64,000 bases of DNA. It comes from Chrysomallon squamiferum. Taxonomy: Eukaryota > Animalia > Mollusca. Where the stretch lies: positions 10,850,001-10,914,000 of the forward strand of contig CM022671.1 in assembly GCA_012295275.1 (NCBI GenBank). Direction: 5' to 3'. Shown piece by piece: positions 24,806 through 39,800 of the stretch (the stretch's first letter is position 1; each line of letters begins with the position of its first letter). The notes under the pieces were generated by a model, which was not told the origin of the DNA, did not search any database, and saw only the letters and a list, made by a program, of their open reading frames with translations. The translations under genes and the position numbers were made by a program.

Positions 24806-27800
24806 CTGATATGTGTACTGCCATCCTGTTGACATTTATTTCCACTCAAAGGTGTCTGACTTCCATATTCCTGGAATGTGTTTTTACTGGAGTTTTTACT
24901 GCCGTGTTTCTGGCTTCTGTTTGGATTGATGGGAATACTGACTTCTTCCTCTCTACTTTTACCATTAACGGCTATCCTGCCTTGATCCTGCCTTCTTTTT
25001 CCATTGACAAATTTACTGCCGTGTTCCTGGCTTCCGTTTCATTTAATGGCTACCGTGCGGTGATCCTGCTTTCTCTTTTCATTGAAGTCTATACTGCCGT
25101 GTTCCTTCTTTCTTCTTCCATAGAGAACTATACTACCGTACTCCTGTCTTTTATTGTTATTGATGGCTATACTGCTGTTCTTCTGGCTGTTACCACTGAT
25201 AGTTACACTGCCATGTTCAGGACTTCTTTTTTCATTGATCGCTATACTTCTGTGTTCCTGGTTTCCGTTTCCATTAATGGCTACCGTACAGTGTTCCAGC
25301 CTTTTGTTTTCATTCAAGTCTATACTGGCTTTTATTTCTGTTGACGGCTATACTGCCGTGTTCTTGACATCTGTTTCCATTCACGGTTATAAAGCTATTT
25401 TTCTGTACTTCTGTTTCCAGTGATGGTTACACTGCAATGCTCCTGGCTTCTGTTGTTATTGATAGCAATACTTCCATGTTCCTACCTTCTGTTCTTAATG
25501 ATGGCTATATTCCCATCTTCTTGTCTTCTGTTGTTATTGATGGCTATTTTCCCTTGTTTCTGTTTTCTGTTTTCATTGATGACTGCCTTGCTCCTCTCTT
25601 CTGTTGTTGTTGATGACTATACTCCCATGTTCTTGGATTCTGTTGTAATTGACGGCCATACTGCCGTCTTCTTGGCTTCGTTTTCCATTGATGGCTACAC
25701 TACCGTCATCCTGGCTTCTCTTTTTTCATTCGTGGCTATACTGACGTGGTCCTGGCTTTTCCTTCTATTGATGACAATACCACCGTCTTCTTCGCTTCTT
25801 TTTTCCTTGATGGCTATACTACCGTCATCCTGGGTTCTCTTTTTCCATTAACGACTATACTGACGTGTTCCTGGCTTTTCCTTCTATTGATGACAATATT
25901 ATCGTGTTCTTGGCTTCGTTTTCCATTGATGGCTATACTACCGTCATCCTGGCTTCTCTTTTTTCATTCGAGGCTATAGTGACGTGTCCCTATCTTCTGT
26001 TGTTATCGATGACAATACTGCAATCTCACCGTCTTCTGTTGTTTGGCCATACTGCCATGTTCCAGACTTCTTTTTCCATAGATGGATATACTGCCCTGAT
26101 CCTGGTTTCAGGTTTCACTGATGGCTGCCGTGTTCCTGAATTTTTTTTTTATTGATGGCTATACTGTAGTGTTTCCGGGTTTTACTTCTATTGCTGCCTA
26201 TACTGCCGAGATCCTGTCTTCTGTTGTTATTGATTGCTATACTGCCGAGATCCTGTTTTCTGTTGTTATTGATGCCTATACTGACGAGTTCCTGTCTTCT
26301 GTTGCTATTGATTGCTATACTGCCGAGTTCCTGTCTTCTGTTGTTATTGATTGCTATACTGACGAGTTCCTGTCTTCTGTTGCTATTGATGCCTATACTG
26401 CCGAGTTCCTGTTTGTTGTTATTGTTATTTCATTCACATCAGCCGTGTTCCTGGCTTCTGTTGTTGTTGATGGCTATACAACCGTGTTACCGGCTTTTGT
26501 TTCTATTGATGGCTATACTGCCTTGTCCCTGGCTTTTATTGTTATTGTTGGTTCTGCTGCCGTGTTCATGGCTTCTGTTTTCTTTGAAGCCTATACTGAC
26601 CTTTTCCTGGCTTCTGTTATTACTGTTGGCCATATTGCCGTTTTCCTGGCTTCTGTTTTTATTGATGGCTATACTGCCGTGCTATTGACTTCTGTTGTTA
26701 TTCATGACTATACAGGTGTATTCCTGTCTTCTGTTGCTATTGATAGCTATACTACCCTGTTTTTGTGTTCTGTTTTCATTGATGTCTACCGAGTTCTTGA
26801 CTTCTGTTGTTATTGATGGCTTTACTGCCGTGTTCATGACTTCTGTTGTTATTGATGCTATACTGATGTGTTCTTGGATTCTGTTGCTATTGATGGCTAC
26901 ACTGCCGTGTTTCGACTGATGACTATCATGCCATGTTTCTTTCTCACGATGGCTATACTGCCGTGTTCCTGGCTTTTGTTTCTATTCAAGGCTAAACCTC
27001 CGTGTTCCTGGATTCTATTGTTGATGGCTACACTGCCGTATTTCTGGCTTTTGCTTCTATTCATGGCTATACCGCCTTGTTCCTCGCTTCTGTTTTCTTT
27101 GATAGCTATACTGGCATGTTCCTCTCTTTTGTTTCGATTGGTGACTATACTACCATTTTCCTAACTTCTGCTCTTACTAATGGCCATACTGCAGTGTTAT
27201 TGACATCTGTTTCCATTCACGGTTATACAGCGATTTTTCTGTACTTCTGTTTCCAGTGATGGTTACACTGCCACGTTCCTGGCTTCTGTTGTTATTGATA
27301 GCAATACTTCCATGTTCATGCCTTCTGTTCATAATGAGGACTATCTTCCCATGTTCCTGTCTTCTGTAGTTATTGATTGGTATATTCCCATGTTCCTGTC
27401 TTCTCTGGTTATTGATAGCTCTATTCACTTGATTCTGTTTTCAGTTTTCATTGATGACTGCCTTGTTCCTCTCTTCTGTTGTTATTGATGACTATACTCC
27501 CATGTTCTTGAATTCTGTTGTTATTGATGGCCATACTGCCGTCTTCTTGGCTTCTTTTTCCATTGATGGCTATACTACAGTCATCCTGACTTCTCTTTTT
27601 CATTCGGGGCTATACTGACGTGTTCCTGGCTTTTCCTTCTATTGATGGCTATACTACCGTGTTCTTGGCTTCTTTTTCCATTGATGGCTATACTACTGTC
27701 ATCCTGGCTTCTCTTTTTCCATTAACGACTATACTGTCGTGTTCCTGGCTTTTCCTTCTATTGATGGCTATACTACCGTGTTCTTGGCTTCTTTTTCCAT

Positions 27801-30800
27801 TGATGGCTATACTACTGTCATCCTGGCTTCTCTTTTTCCATTAACGACTATACTGTCGTGTTCCTGGCTTTTCCTTCTATTGATGGCTATACTACCGTGT
27901 TCTTGGCTTCTTTTTCCATTGATGGCTATACTACTGTCATCCTGGCTTCTCTTTTTTCATTAACGACTATACTGACGTGTTCCTACCTTTTCCTTCTATT
28001 GACGGCTATACCACCGTGTTCTTGACATCTGTTTCCATTCACGGTTATACTGCCATTTTTCTGTACTTCTCTTTCCAGTGATGGTTACACTGACATGTTC
28101 CTCCTGCCTTCTGTTCTTAATGATGGGCGGCTATGTTCCCATCTTCGTGGCTTCGTTTTCCATTGATGGCTATACTACCGTCATCCTGGCTTCTCTTTTT
28201 TCATTCGTGGCTATACTGAAATGTTACTGGCTTTTCCTTCTACTGATGACTATACAACAGTGTTCTTGGCTTCTTTTTCCATTGATGGCTATACTACCGT
28301 CATCCTGGCTTCTCTTTTTTCATTCGTGGCTCTACTGACGTGTTCCTGGATTTTCCTTCTATTGATGACTATACAACAGTTTTCTTGCCTTCTCCTTCTA
28401 TTGATGGATATACTATCGTGTTCTTGCCTTCTTTTTCCATTGATGGCTATACTGTCGTCATCCTGGCTTCTCTTTTCTCATTCGTGGCTATACTGACGTG
28501 TTCCTGGCTTTTCGTTCTAGAGATGCTATACTACCGTGTTCTTGGCTTCTTTCTCCATTCATGGCTATACTACCGTCGTCCTGACTTCTCTTTTTCCATT
28601 AACGACTATACTGACCTGTTCCTGGCTTTTCCTTCTATTGATGGCTATACTACCGAGTTCCTGGCTTCTTTTTCCATTGATAGCTATACTACCGTCATCC
28701 TGGCTACTCTTTTTCCAATAACGTCTATAATGACGTGTTCCTGGCTTTTCCTTTTATTGATGGCTATACATTGCTATATTCCCATGTTCCTGTCTTCTCT
28801 GGTTATTGGTGGCTATATTCCCTTGTTTCTGGCTATATTACAGTGATCCTGGCTTCTCTTTTTTCATTCGTGGCTATACTGACGTGTTCCTGCCTTTTCC
28901 TATTATTGATGGCTACACTACCGTGTTCTTGGCTTCTTTTTCCATTTACGGCTATAGTACCGTCATCCTGGCTTCTGTTTTTCCATTAACGACCATAGTG
29001 TCGTGTTTATCTTTTCTGTTGTTATCGATGACCACTACCGTGTTCTTGCCGTCTTCTGTTGTTTCCATTGATGGTTATACCATGTCATCCATGGACTACT
29101 TCTTTTTTTCCATACTGCCGTGGTCCTGGCTTTTCCTTTTTATTGATGACAATACCACCGTTTTTCTTCTGCTTATTTTCCTTTTGATGGCTAGATACTA
29201 CCGCCGTGTTCTGGGTTCTCTTTTTTCCATTAACGACTATACTGACGTGTTCCTGGCTTTTCCTTCTATTGATGACAATATTATCGTGTTCTTGTTTCGT
29301 TTTCCATTGATGGCTATACTACCGTCATCCTGGCTTTCTTTTTTCATTCGATGGCTATAGTGACGTGTCCCTATCTTCTGTTGTTATCGATGACAATACT
29401 GCAAGTTCACTGTCTTGTTGTTGTTTGCCCATACTGCCATGTTCCTGTCTTCTTTTTCCATTGATGGATATACTGCCCTGATCCTGGTTTCAGGTTTCAC
29501 TGATTGCTGCCTATGTTCCCGAATTTTTCTTCCATTATTATTGCTATACTGTAGTGTTTCCGGGTTTCCATTGTTATTGATGCCTATACTGCCGAGTTCC
29601 TGTCTTCTGTTGTTATTGATGCCTATACTGCCGAGTTCCTGTCTTCTGTTGTTATTGATGCCTATACTGCCGAGTTCCTGTCTTCTGTTGTTATTGATGC
29701 CTATACTGCCGAGTTCCTGTCTTCTGTTGCTGTTGATGCCTATACTGCCGAGTTCCTGTCTTCTGTTGTTATTGATTGCTATACTGCCGAGTTCCTGTCT
29801 TCTGTTGCCATTGCTGCCTATACTGCCGAGTTCCTGTTTGTTGTTATTGTTATTTCATTCACATCAGCCGAGTTCCTGGCTTCTGTTGTTGTTGATGCCT
29901 ATACAGCCGTGTTACCGGCTTTTGTTTCTATTGATGGCTATACTGCCTTGTCCCTGGCTTTTATTGTTATTGTTGGTTCTGCTGCCGTGTTCATGGCTTC
30001 TGTTTTCTTTGAAGCCTATACTGACCTTTTCCTGGCTTCTGTTATTACTGTTGGCCATATTGCCGTTTTCCTGGCTTCTGTTTTTATTGATGGCTATACT
30101 GCCGTGCTATTGACTTCTGTTGTTATTCATGACTATACAGGTGTATTCCTGTCTTCTGTTGCTATTGATAGCTATACTACCCTGTTTTTGTGTTCTGTTT
30201 TCATTGATGTCTACCGAGTTCTTGACTTCTGTTGTTATTGATGGCTTTACTGCCGTGTTCATGACTTCTGTTGTTATTGATAGCAATACTTCCATGTTCC
30301 TACCTTCTGTTCTTAATGATGGCTATATTCCCATCTTCTTGTCTTCTGTTGTTATTGATGGCTATTTTCCCTTGTTTCTGTTTTCTGTTTTCATTGATGA
30401 CTGCCTTGCTCCTCTCTTCTGTTGTTGTTGATGACTATACTCCCATGTTCTTGGATTCTGTTGTAATTGACGGCCATACTGCCGTCTTCTTTCTTTGTTT
30501 TCCATTGATGGCTACACTACCGTCATCCCTTCTCTTTTTTCATTTGGCTATACTGACGTGGTCCTGGCTTTTCCTTCTATTGATGACAATACCACCGTCT
30601 TCTTCGCTTCTTTTTCCTTTGATGGCTATACTACCGTCATCCTGGGTTCTCTTTTTCCATTAACGACTATACTGACGTGTTCCTGGCTTTTCCTTCTATT
30701 GATGACAATATTATCGTGTTCTTGGCTTCGTTTTCCATTGATGGCTATACTACGTCATCCTGGCTTCTCTTTTTTCATTCGAGGCTATAGTGACGTGTCC

Positions 30801-33800
30801 CTATCTTCTGTTGTTATCGATGACAATACTGCAATCTCACCGTCTTCTGTTGTTTGGCCATACTGTTGTTCCAGACTTCTTTTTCCATAGATGGATATAC
30901 TGCCCTGATCCTGGTTTCAGGTTTCACTGATGGCTGCCGTGTTCCTGAATTTTTTTTTTATTGATGGCTATACTGTAGTGTTTCCGGGTTTTACTTCTAT
31001 TGCTGCCTATACTGCCGAGATCCTGTCTTCTGTTGTTATTGATTGCTATACTGCCGAGATCCTGTCTTCTGTTGTTATTGATGCCTATACTGACGAGTTC
31101 CTGTCTTCTGTTGCTATTGATTGCTATACTGCCGAGTTCCTGTCTTCTGTTGTTATTGATTGCTATACTGACGTGTTCCTGTCTTCTGTTGTTATTGATG
31201 CCTATACTGCCGAGTTCCTGTTTTTATTTATTGATTATTTCATCACATCAGCCGTGTTCCTGTCTTTGTTGTTGTTGATGGTTATACAGCCATGTTACCG
31301 GCTTTTGTTTCTATTGATGGCTATACTGCCTTGTCCCTGGCTTTTTTATTGTTATTGTTGGTTCTGCTGCCGTGTTCATGGTTTCTGTTTTTTTTTCCAT
31401 TCTATACTGACCTTTTCCTGGCTTCTGTTATTACTGTTGGCCATATTGCCGTTTTCCTGGCTTCTTGTTTTTATTGATGGCTATACTACCTGCCGTCCCT
31501 ATTTTTTCTGTTGTTATTCATGACTATACTGGTGTATTCCTGTCTTCTTTTGCTATTGATCGGCTATACTACCTTGTTTTTGTGTTCTGTTTTCATTGAT
31601 GTCTACCGAGTTCTTGACTTTGTTGTTATTGATGGTTAAACCTGCCGTGTTCATGACTTCTGTTGTTATTGATGCTATACTGATGTGTTCTTGGATTTTT
31701 TTTTCTATTGATGGCTATACCGCCGTGTTTCGACTGATGACTATCATGCCATGTTTTTTCACGATGGCTATACTGCCGTGTTCCTGGCTTTTGTTTCTAT
31801 TTGCTGACCAAACCCACCGTGTTCTGGCTTCTTTCCATTGATGGCTACACTGCCGTATTTCTGGCTTTTTTTTCTATTCATGGCTATACCGCCTTGTTCC
31901 TCGCTTCTGTTTTCTTTGATAGCTATACTGGCATGTTCCTCTCTTTTGTTTCGATTGGTGACTATACTACCATTTTCCTGACTTGTTCGCTTACTGATGG
32001 TCATACTGCAGTGTTATTGACATCTGTTTCCATTCACGGTTATACAGCGATTTTTCTGTACTTCTGTTTCCAGTGATGGTTACACTGCCATGTTCCTGAC
32101 TTCTGTTGTTATTGATAGCAATACTTCCATGTTCATGCCTTCTGTTCATAATGAGGACTATCTTCCCATGTTCCTGTCTTCTGTAGTTATTGATTGGTAT
32201 ATTCCCATGTTCCTGTCTTCTCTGGTTATTGATAGCTCTATTCACTTGATTCTGTTTTCAGTTTTCATTGATGACTGCCTTGTTCCTCTCTTCTGTTGTT
32301 ATTGATGACTATACTCCCATGTTCTTGAATTCTGTTGTTATTGATGGCCATACTGCCGTCTTCTTGGCTTCTTTTTCCATTGATGGCTATACTACGGTCA
32401 TCCTGACTTCTCTTTTTTCATTCGTCGCTATACTGACGTGTTCCTGCCTTTTCCTTCTATTGATGACCATACTACCGTGTTCTTGGCTTCTTTTTCCATT
32501 GATGGCTATACTACCGTCGTCCTGGCTTCTCTTTTTTCATTCGGGGCTATACTGACGTGTTCCTGGCTTTTCCTTCTATTGATGGCTATACTACCGTGTT
32601 CTTGGCTTCTTTTTCCATTGATGGCTATACTACTGTCATCCTGGCTTCTCTTTTTCCATTAACGACTATACTGTCGTGTTCCTGGCTTTTCCTTCTATTG
32701 ATGGCTATACTACCGTGTTCTTGGCTTCTTTTTCCATTGATGGCTATACTACTGTCATCCTGGCTTCTCTTTTTTCATTAACGACTATACTGACGTGTTC
32801 CTACCTTTTCGTTCTATTGACGGCTATACTACCGTGTTCTTGACATCTGTTTCCATTCACGGTTATACTGCCATTTTTCTGTACTTCTCTTTCCAGTGAT
32901 GGTTACACTGACATGTTCCTGCCTTCTGTTCTTAATGATGGCGGCTATGTTCCCATCTTCGTGGCTTCGTTTTCCATTGATGGCTATACTACCGTCATCC
33001 TGGCTTCTCTTTTTTCATTCGTGGCTATACTGAAATGTTCCTGGCTTTTCCTTCTACTGATGACCATAATACCGTGTTCTTAGCTCCTTTTTCCATTGAT
33101 GGCTATACTACCGTCATCCTGGCTTCTCTTTTTTCATTCGTGGCTCTACTGACGTGTTCCTGGATTTTCCTTCTATTGATGACTATACAACAGTGTTCTT
33201 GGCTTCTCCTTCTATTGATGGATATACTATCGTGTTCTTGCCTTCTTTTTCCATTGATGGCTATACTGTCGTCATCCTGGCTTCTCTTTTCTCATTCGTG
33301 GCTATACTGACGTGTTCCTGGCTTTTCGTTCTAGAGATGCTATACTACCGTGTTCTTGGCTTCTTTTTCTCCATTCATGGCTATACTACCGTCGTCCTGA
33401 CTTCTCTTTTTCCATTAACGACTATACTGACCTGTTCCTGGCTTTTCCTTCTATTGATGGCTATACTACCGAGTTCCTGGCTTCTTTTTCCATTGATAGC
33501 TATACTACCGTCATCCTGGCTACTCTTTTTCCAATAACGTCTATAATGACGTGTTCCTGGTTTTTCCTTTTATTGATGGCTATACATTGCTATATTCCCA
33601 TGTTCCTGTCTTCTCTGGTTATTGGTGGCTATATTCCCTTGTTTCTGGCTATACTACAGTGATCCTGGCTTCTCTTTTTTCATTCGTGGCTATACTGACG
33701 TGTTCCTGCCTTTTCCTATTATTGATGGCAATACTACCGTGTTCTTGGCTTCTTTTTCCATTGATGGCTATACTACTGTCATCCTGGCTTCTCTTTTTCC

Positions 33801-36800
33801 ATTAACGACTATACTGTCGTGTTCCTGGCTTTTCCTTCTATTGATGGCTACACTACCGTGTTCTTGGCTTCTTTTTCCATTGATGGCTATACTACCGTCA
33901 CCCTGGCTTCTCTTCTTCCATTAACGACTATACAGACGTGTTCCTGGCTTTTCCTTCCATTGATGGCTATACTACCGTGTTCTTGGCTTCTTTTTCCACT
34001 GATGGCTATACTACCGTCATCCTGGCTTCTCTTTCTTCATTCTTTGCTATACTGACGTGTTCCTGGCTTTTCCTTCTATTCATGGCTGTACTACCGTTTT
34101 CTTCGCTTGTTTTTCCATTGATGGCTATACTACGGTCATCCTGGCTTCTCTTTCTTCATTCCTGCCTATACCGATGTGTTCCTGGCTTTTCCTTCTATTG
34201 ATGGCAATACTACCGTGTTCTTGGCTTCTTTTTCCATTGATGGCTATACTACAGTCATCCTGGCTTCTCTTTTTTCATTCGTCGCTATATTGACGTGTTC
34301 CTGCCTTTTCCTATTATTGATGGCTACACTACCGTGTTCTTGGCTTCTTTTTCCATTGATGGCTATACTACCGTCATCCTGGCTTCTCTTCTTCCATTAA
34401 CGACTATACAGACGTGTTCCTGGCTTTTCTTTCTATTGATGGCTATACTACCGTGTTCTTGGCTTCTTTTTCCATTGATGTCTATACTACCGTCATCCTG
34501 GCTTCTCTCTTTTCATTTGTGGCTATACTGACGTGTTCCTCTCTTCTGTTTTCTTTGATAGCTATACTGTCATGTTCCTCTCTTTTGTTTCGATTGGTGA
34601 CTATACTACCATTTTCCTGATTTCTGTTCTTACTGATCGCCATACTGCAGTTTTCTTGACATCTGTTTCCATTCACGGTTGTACAGCCGTTTTTCTGTAC
34701 TTCCGTTTCCAGCGATGGTAACACTGCCAAGTTCCTGTCTTCTGTTGTTATTGATAGCTATACTACCTTGTTCTTGTGTTCTGTTTTCATTGATAGCTAT
34801 ACTACCTTGTTCTTTTGTTCTGTTGTTATTGATAGCCATTCACCTTGTTCTTGTGTTCTGTTTTCATTGATAGCTATACTACCTTGTTCTTGTGTTCTGT
34901 TTTCATTGATAGCTATACTACCTTGTTCTTGTGTTCTGTTTTCATTGATAGCTATACTACCTTGTTCTTGTGTTCTGTTGTTATTGATAGCTATACTACC
35001 TTGTTCTTGTGTTCTGTTTTCATTGATAGCTATACTACCTTGTTCTTGTGTTCTGTTTTCATTGATAGCTATACTACCTTGTTCTTGTGTTCTGTTGTTA
35101 TTGATGGCTTTACAGCCGTGTTCCTATACCATCCTGACTTCTCTTCTTATCGATTGGTATACTGCCGTGTTTCTGACTTCTGTTGTTATTGATCGCTATA
35201 CTGCCGTGTTCCTGGATTCTGTTGTTATTGTTGACTATACTGGCTTGTTCCTGACTTCTGTTGTTATTGGTGGCTATAAAGCCGTGTTCCTGACTTCTGT
35301 TGTTATTGGTGGCTACACTGCCGTGTTTCTGACTTCTGTTGTTATTGGTGGCTATACTGCCGTGTTTCTGACTTCTGTTGTTATTGTTGGCTATACTGTC
35401 ATGTTCCTGGCTTTTGTTGTTAATGTTGACTATACTGCCGTGTTTCTGGATTCTGTTGTTATTGATGGCTACACTGCCGTGTTTCTGACTTCTGTTGTTA
35501 TTGATGCCTATACTGCCGTGTTTCTGACTTCTGTTGTTATTGATGCCTATACTGCCGTGTTTCTGACTTCTGTTGTTATTGATGACTATACTGCCGTGTT
35601 TCTGGATTCTGTTGTTATTGATGGCTACACTGCCGTGTTCCTGACTTCTGTTGTTATTGATGCCTATACTGCCGTGTTTCTGACTTCTGTTGTTATTGAT
35701 GACTATACTGCCGTGTTTCTGGATTCTGTTGTTATTGATGCCTATACTGCCGTGTTTCTGACTGCTGTTGTTATTGATGACTATACTGCCGTGTTTCTGG
35801 ATTCTGTTGTTATTGATGGCTACACTGCCGTGTTTCTGACTTCTGTTGTTATTGATGACTATACTGCCGTGTTTCTGGCTTCTGTTGTTATTGATGGCTA
35901 CACTGCCGTGTTTCTGACTTCTGTTGTTATTGATGACTATACTGCCGTGTTTCTGGCTTCTGTTGTTATTGATGACTATACTGCCGTGTTTCTGGATTCT
36001 GTTGTTATTGATGACTATACTGCCGTGTTTCTGACTTCTGTTGTTATTGATGACTATACTGCCGTGTTTCTGACTTCTGTTGTTATTGATGACTATACTG
36101 CTGTGTTTCTGGATTCTGTTGTTATTGATGACTATACTGCCGTGTTTCTGGCTTCTGTTGTTATTGATGGCTACACTGCCGTGTTTCTGACTTCTCTTGT
36201 TATTGATGACTATACTGCTGTGTTTCTGGATTCTGTTGTTATTGATGACTATACTGCCGTGTTTCTGGCTTCTGTTGTTATTGATGGCTACACTGCCGTG
36301 TTTCTGACTTCTGTTGTTATTGATGGCTACACTGCCGTGTTTCTGGATTCTGTTGTTATTGATGACTATACTGCCGTGTTTCTGGCATTTCTTTCGACTG
36401 ATGGCTATACTGCCGTGTCGTTGGCTTCTGGTGTTATTGTTGGCTATACGCCATGTTTCTCGCTTCTGTTTTCATTGATGAATACCGTGCTCTTGACTTC
36501 TGTTCTTATTCATGGCTCTACTACCGGGTCCTTCCCTTCTATTGTAATTGTTGGCTATACTGCCGTGATTCTGGATTCTGTTGTTATTGATGACTATACT
36601 GGCGTGTTTCTGGATTCTGTTGTTGTTGATGACTATACTGCCGTGTTTCTGACTTTTGTTCTTACTGATGAGTATACTGCCGTGTTTCTGTCGTTTGTTT
36701 CGATTGATATCTATATGGCCGTGTACCTCATGGCTTCTGTTGTTATTGTTGTATATACTCTCGTTTTCCTGGCTTCTGTTTTCTTTGATGGCTATACTTC

Positions 36801-39800
36801 CGTGTTCCTGGCTTGTGTTTCGGTTGATTGCTATACTGCCCTGTTCCTGGCTTCTGTTGTCATTGATATCAGCCGTGTTCCTGGCTTCCGTTGTTGTTGA
36901 TGGCTATACAGCCGTGTTACCGGCTTTTGTTTCCACTGATGGCTATACTGCCTTGTCTCTGGCTTTTACAGTTATTATTGGCTCCGCTGCCGTGTTCATG
37001 GCTTCTGTTTTCATTGATGGCTATACTGCCGTGTCCCTGGCTTATGTTGTTATTTTTCGCTATACTGTCTAGTACTTTATACTGACATTGTTATACACTG
37101 TCATGTTCAGGACGGTTATACATGGTGAAGTTCAGGACGTCTTTTTCTACTGATGCCTATACCGCCGTGTTCCTCGCGTTGTTATCCACTGATGTGTATA
37201 ATGCTTTTTTCCTTGTTTCTTTTTCCATTGATGGCTATGCCGCCGTCTTTCTGGCTTCTTTTTCCATTGAAGTATACTGACGTGTTCCTGTATTTTGCTT
37301 CTATTGACGGCTATACTGCAGTGTTCCTGGATTCTGTTGTTATTGATGGGTATACTGCCATCTTCCTGGCTTCTTTTTCCATTGATGGCTATACTGTCGT
37401 CTTCTTGGCTTCTTTTTCCATTGGTGGCTATACTGCCGTCTTCCTGGCTTATTTTTCCATTGATGGCTATACTGCCGTGTTCGTGACTTCTGTTCTTATT
37501 GCAGGCTATACTGCCGTGACCCTGTCTTCGGTTGTTATTGATGGCTATACTGCCGTGTTCCTGTCTTCTTTTGTTATTGATGACTATACTCCCATGCTCC
37601 TGTCTTCTTTTGTTATTGATGACTGTACTCCCATCTTCCTGTCTTCTTTTGTTATTGATGGCTATACTTCCGTGTTCCTGTCTTCTTTTATTATTGATGG
37701 CTATACTCCCATCTTCCTGTCTTCTTTTGTTATTGATGACTGTACTCCCATCTTCCTGTCTTCTTTTGTTATTGATGGCTATACCTCCGTGTTCCCGGCT
37801 TGTGTTTCGGTTGATTGCTATCCTTCCATGTTCCTGTCTGCTGTTGTTATTGATGGCTATACTGCCGTATCCCTGGCTTCTGTTTTCGTTGATGGCTGCC
37901 ATTTTCCTGTATTCTGTTGTGATTGATGGCTATACTCCGATGTTCCTGAATTCTGTTGTTACTGATGGCTATACTGCCCTCTTCCTGTCTTCTTTTTCCA
38001 TTGATGGCTATACTACCGTGTTCCTTGCTTCTTTTTCCATTGATGGCTATACTGACGTGTTCCTGGCTTCTGCTTCAATTGATGGCCATACTACCGTGTT
38101 CCTGTCTTCTATTGTTTTTTTTGATGGTTATACTGCCGTGTTCTAGGTTTCTTTTTCCATTGACGGTTATATACCGTGTTCTTGGCTTCTTTTTCCATTA
38201 AAGGCTATACTACCGTGCTCCTGTCTTCTGTTGTTATTGATGGCTATACTGCCGTGTTCCTGACTTCTGTTTCCTTTGATGGCTATACTATCGTGCTCCT
38301 GACTTCTGTTGTTAGTGATGGCTATAATGCCGTATTCCTGGCTTCTGTTTCCTTTGATGGCTATACTACCATGTTCCTGACTTCTGTTGTTATTGATTGC
38401 TATACCACGGTGTTCCTGGCTTCTGTTGTTATTGTTGGCTATGCTGCCATGTTCCTGGCTTTTGTTGTTATTGATGACTATACTTCGTGTTCCTGGCTTT
38501 TTGTTGTTATTAATGGCTATACTCCCATGTTCCTGTGTTCTGTTGTTATTGATGACTATACTGCAGTTTTTTCTGTCTTACCACTGATGGTTACGCTGCC
38601 ATGTTCCAGGCTTCTTTTTTTCCATTGATGGCTATATTGCCGTGTTTCCGGCTTTTTGCTTATATTGATGGCTATCCTGCCGAGTCCCTGGCTTCTGTTG
38701 TTATTGATGGCTATACTGCCGTGTTCGTGACTTCTGTTCTTATTGCAGCAGCTATACTGCCGTGACCCTGTCTTCGGTTGTTATTGATGGCTATACTGCC
38801 GTGTTCCTGTCTTCTTTTGTTATTGATGACTATACTCCCATGCTCCTGTCTTCTTTTTGTTATTGATGACTGTACTCCCATCTTCCTGTCTTCTTTTTTG
38901 TTATTGATGGCTATACTTCCGTGTTCCTGTCTTCTTTTATTATTGATGGCTATACTCCCATCTTCCTGTCTTCTTTTGTTATTGATGACTGTACTCCCAT
39001 CTTCCTGTCTTCTTTTGTTATTGATGGCTATACCTCCGTGTTCCCGGCTTGTGTTTCGGTTGATTGCTATCCTTCCATGTTCCTGTCTGCTGTTGTTATT
39101 GATGGCTATACTGCCGTATCCCTGGCTTCTGTTTTCGTTGATGGCTGCCATTTTCCTGTATTCTGTTGTGATTGATGGCTATACTCCGATGTTCCTGAAT
39201 TCTGTTGTTACTGATGGCTATACTGCCCTCTTCCTGTCTTCTTTTTCCATTGATGGCTATACTACCGTGTTCCTTGCTTCTTTTTCCATTGATGGCTATA
39301 CTGACGTGTTCCTGGCTTCTGCTTCAATTGATGGCCATACTACCGTGTTCCTGTCTTCTATTGTTTTTTTTGATGGTTATACTGCCGTGTTCTAGGTTTC
39401 TTTTTCCATTGACGGTTATATACCGTGTTCTTGGCTTCTTTTTCCATTAAAGGCTATACTACCGTGCTCCTGTCTTCTGTTGTTATTGATGGCTATACTG
39501 CCGTGTTCCTGACTTCTGTTTCCTTTGATGGCTATACTATCGTGCTCCTGACTTCTGTTGTTAGTGATGGCTATAATGCCGTATTCCTGGCTTCTGTTTC
39601 CTTTGATGGCTATACTACCATGTTCCTGACTTCTGTTGTTATTGATTGCTATACCACGGTGTTCCTGGCTTCTGTTGTTATTGTTGGCTATGCTGCCATG
39701 TTCCTGGCTTTTGTTGTTATTGATGACTATACTTCGTGTTCCTGGCTTTTGTTGTTATTAATGGCTATACTCCCATGTTCCTGTGTTCTGTTGTTATTGA

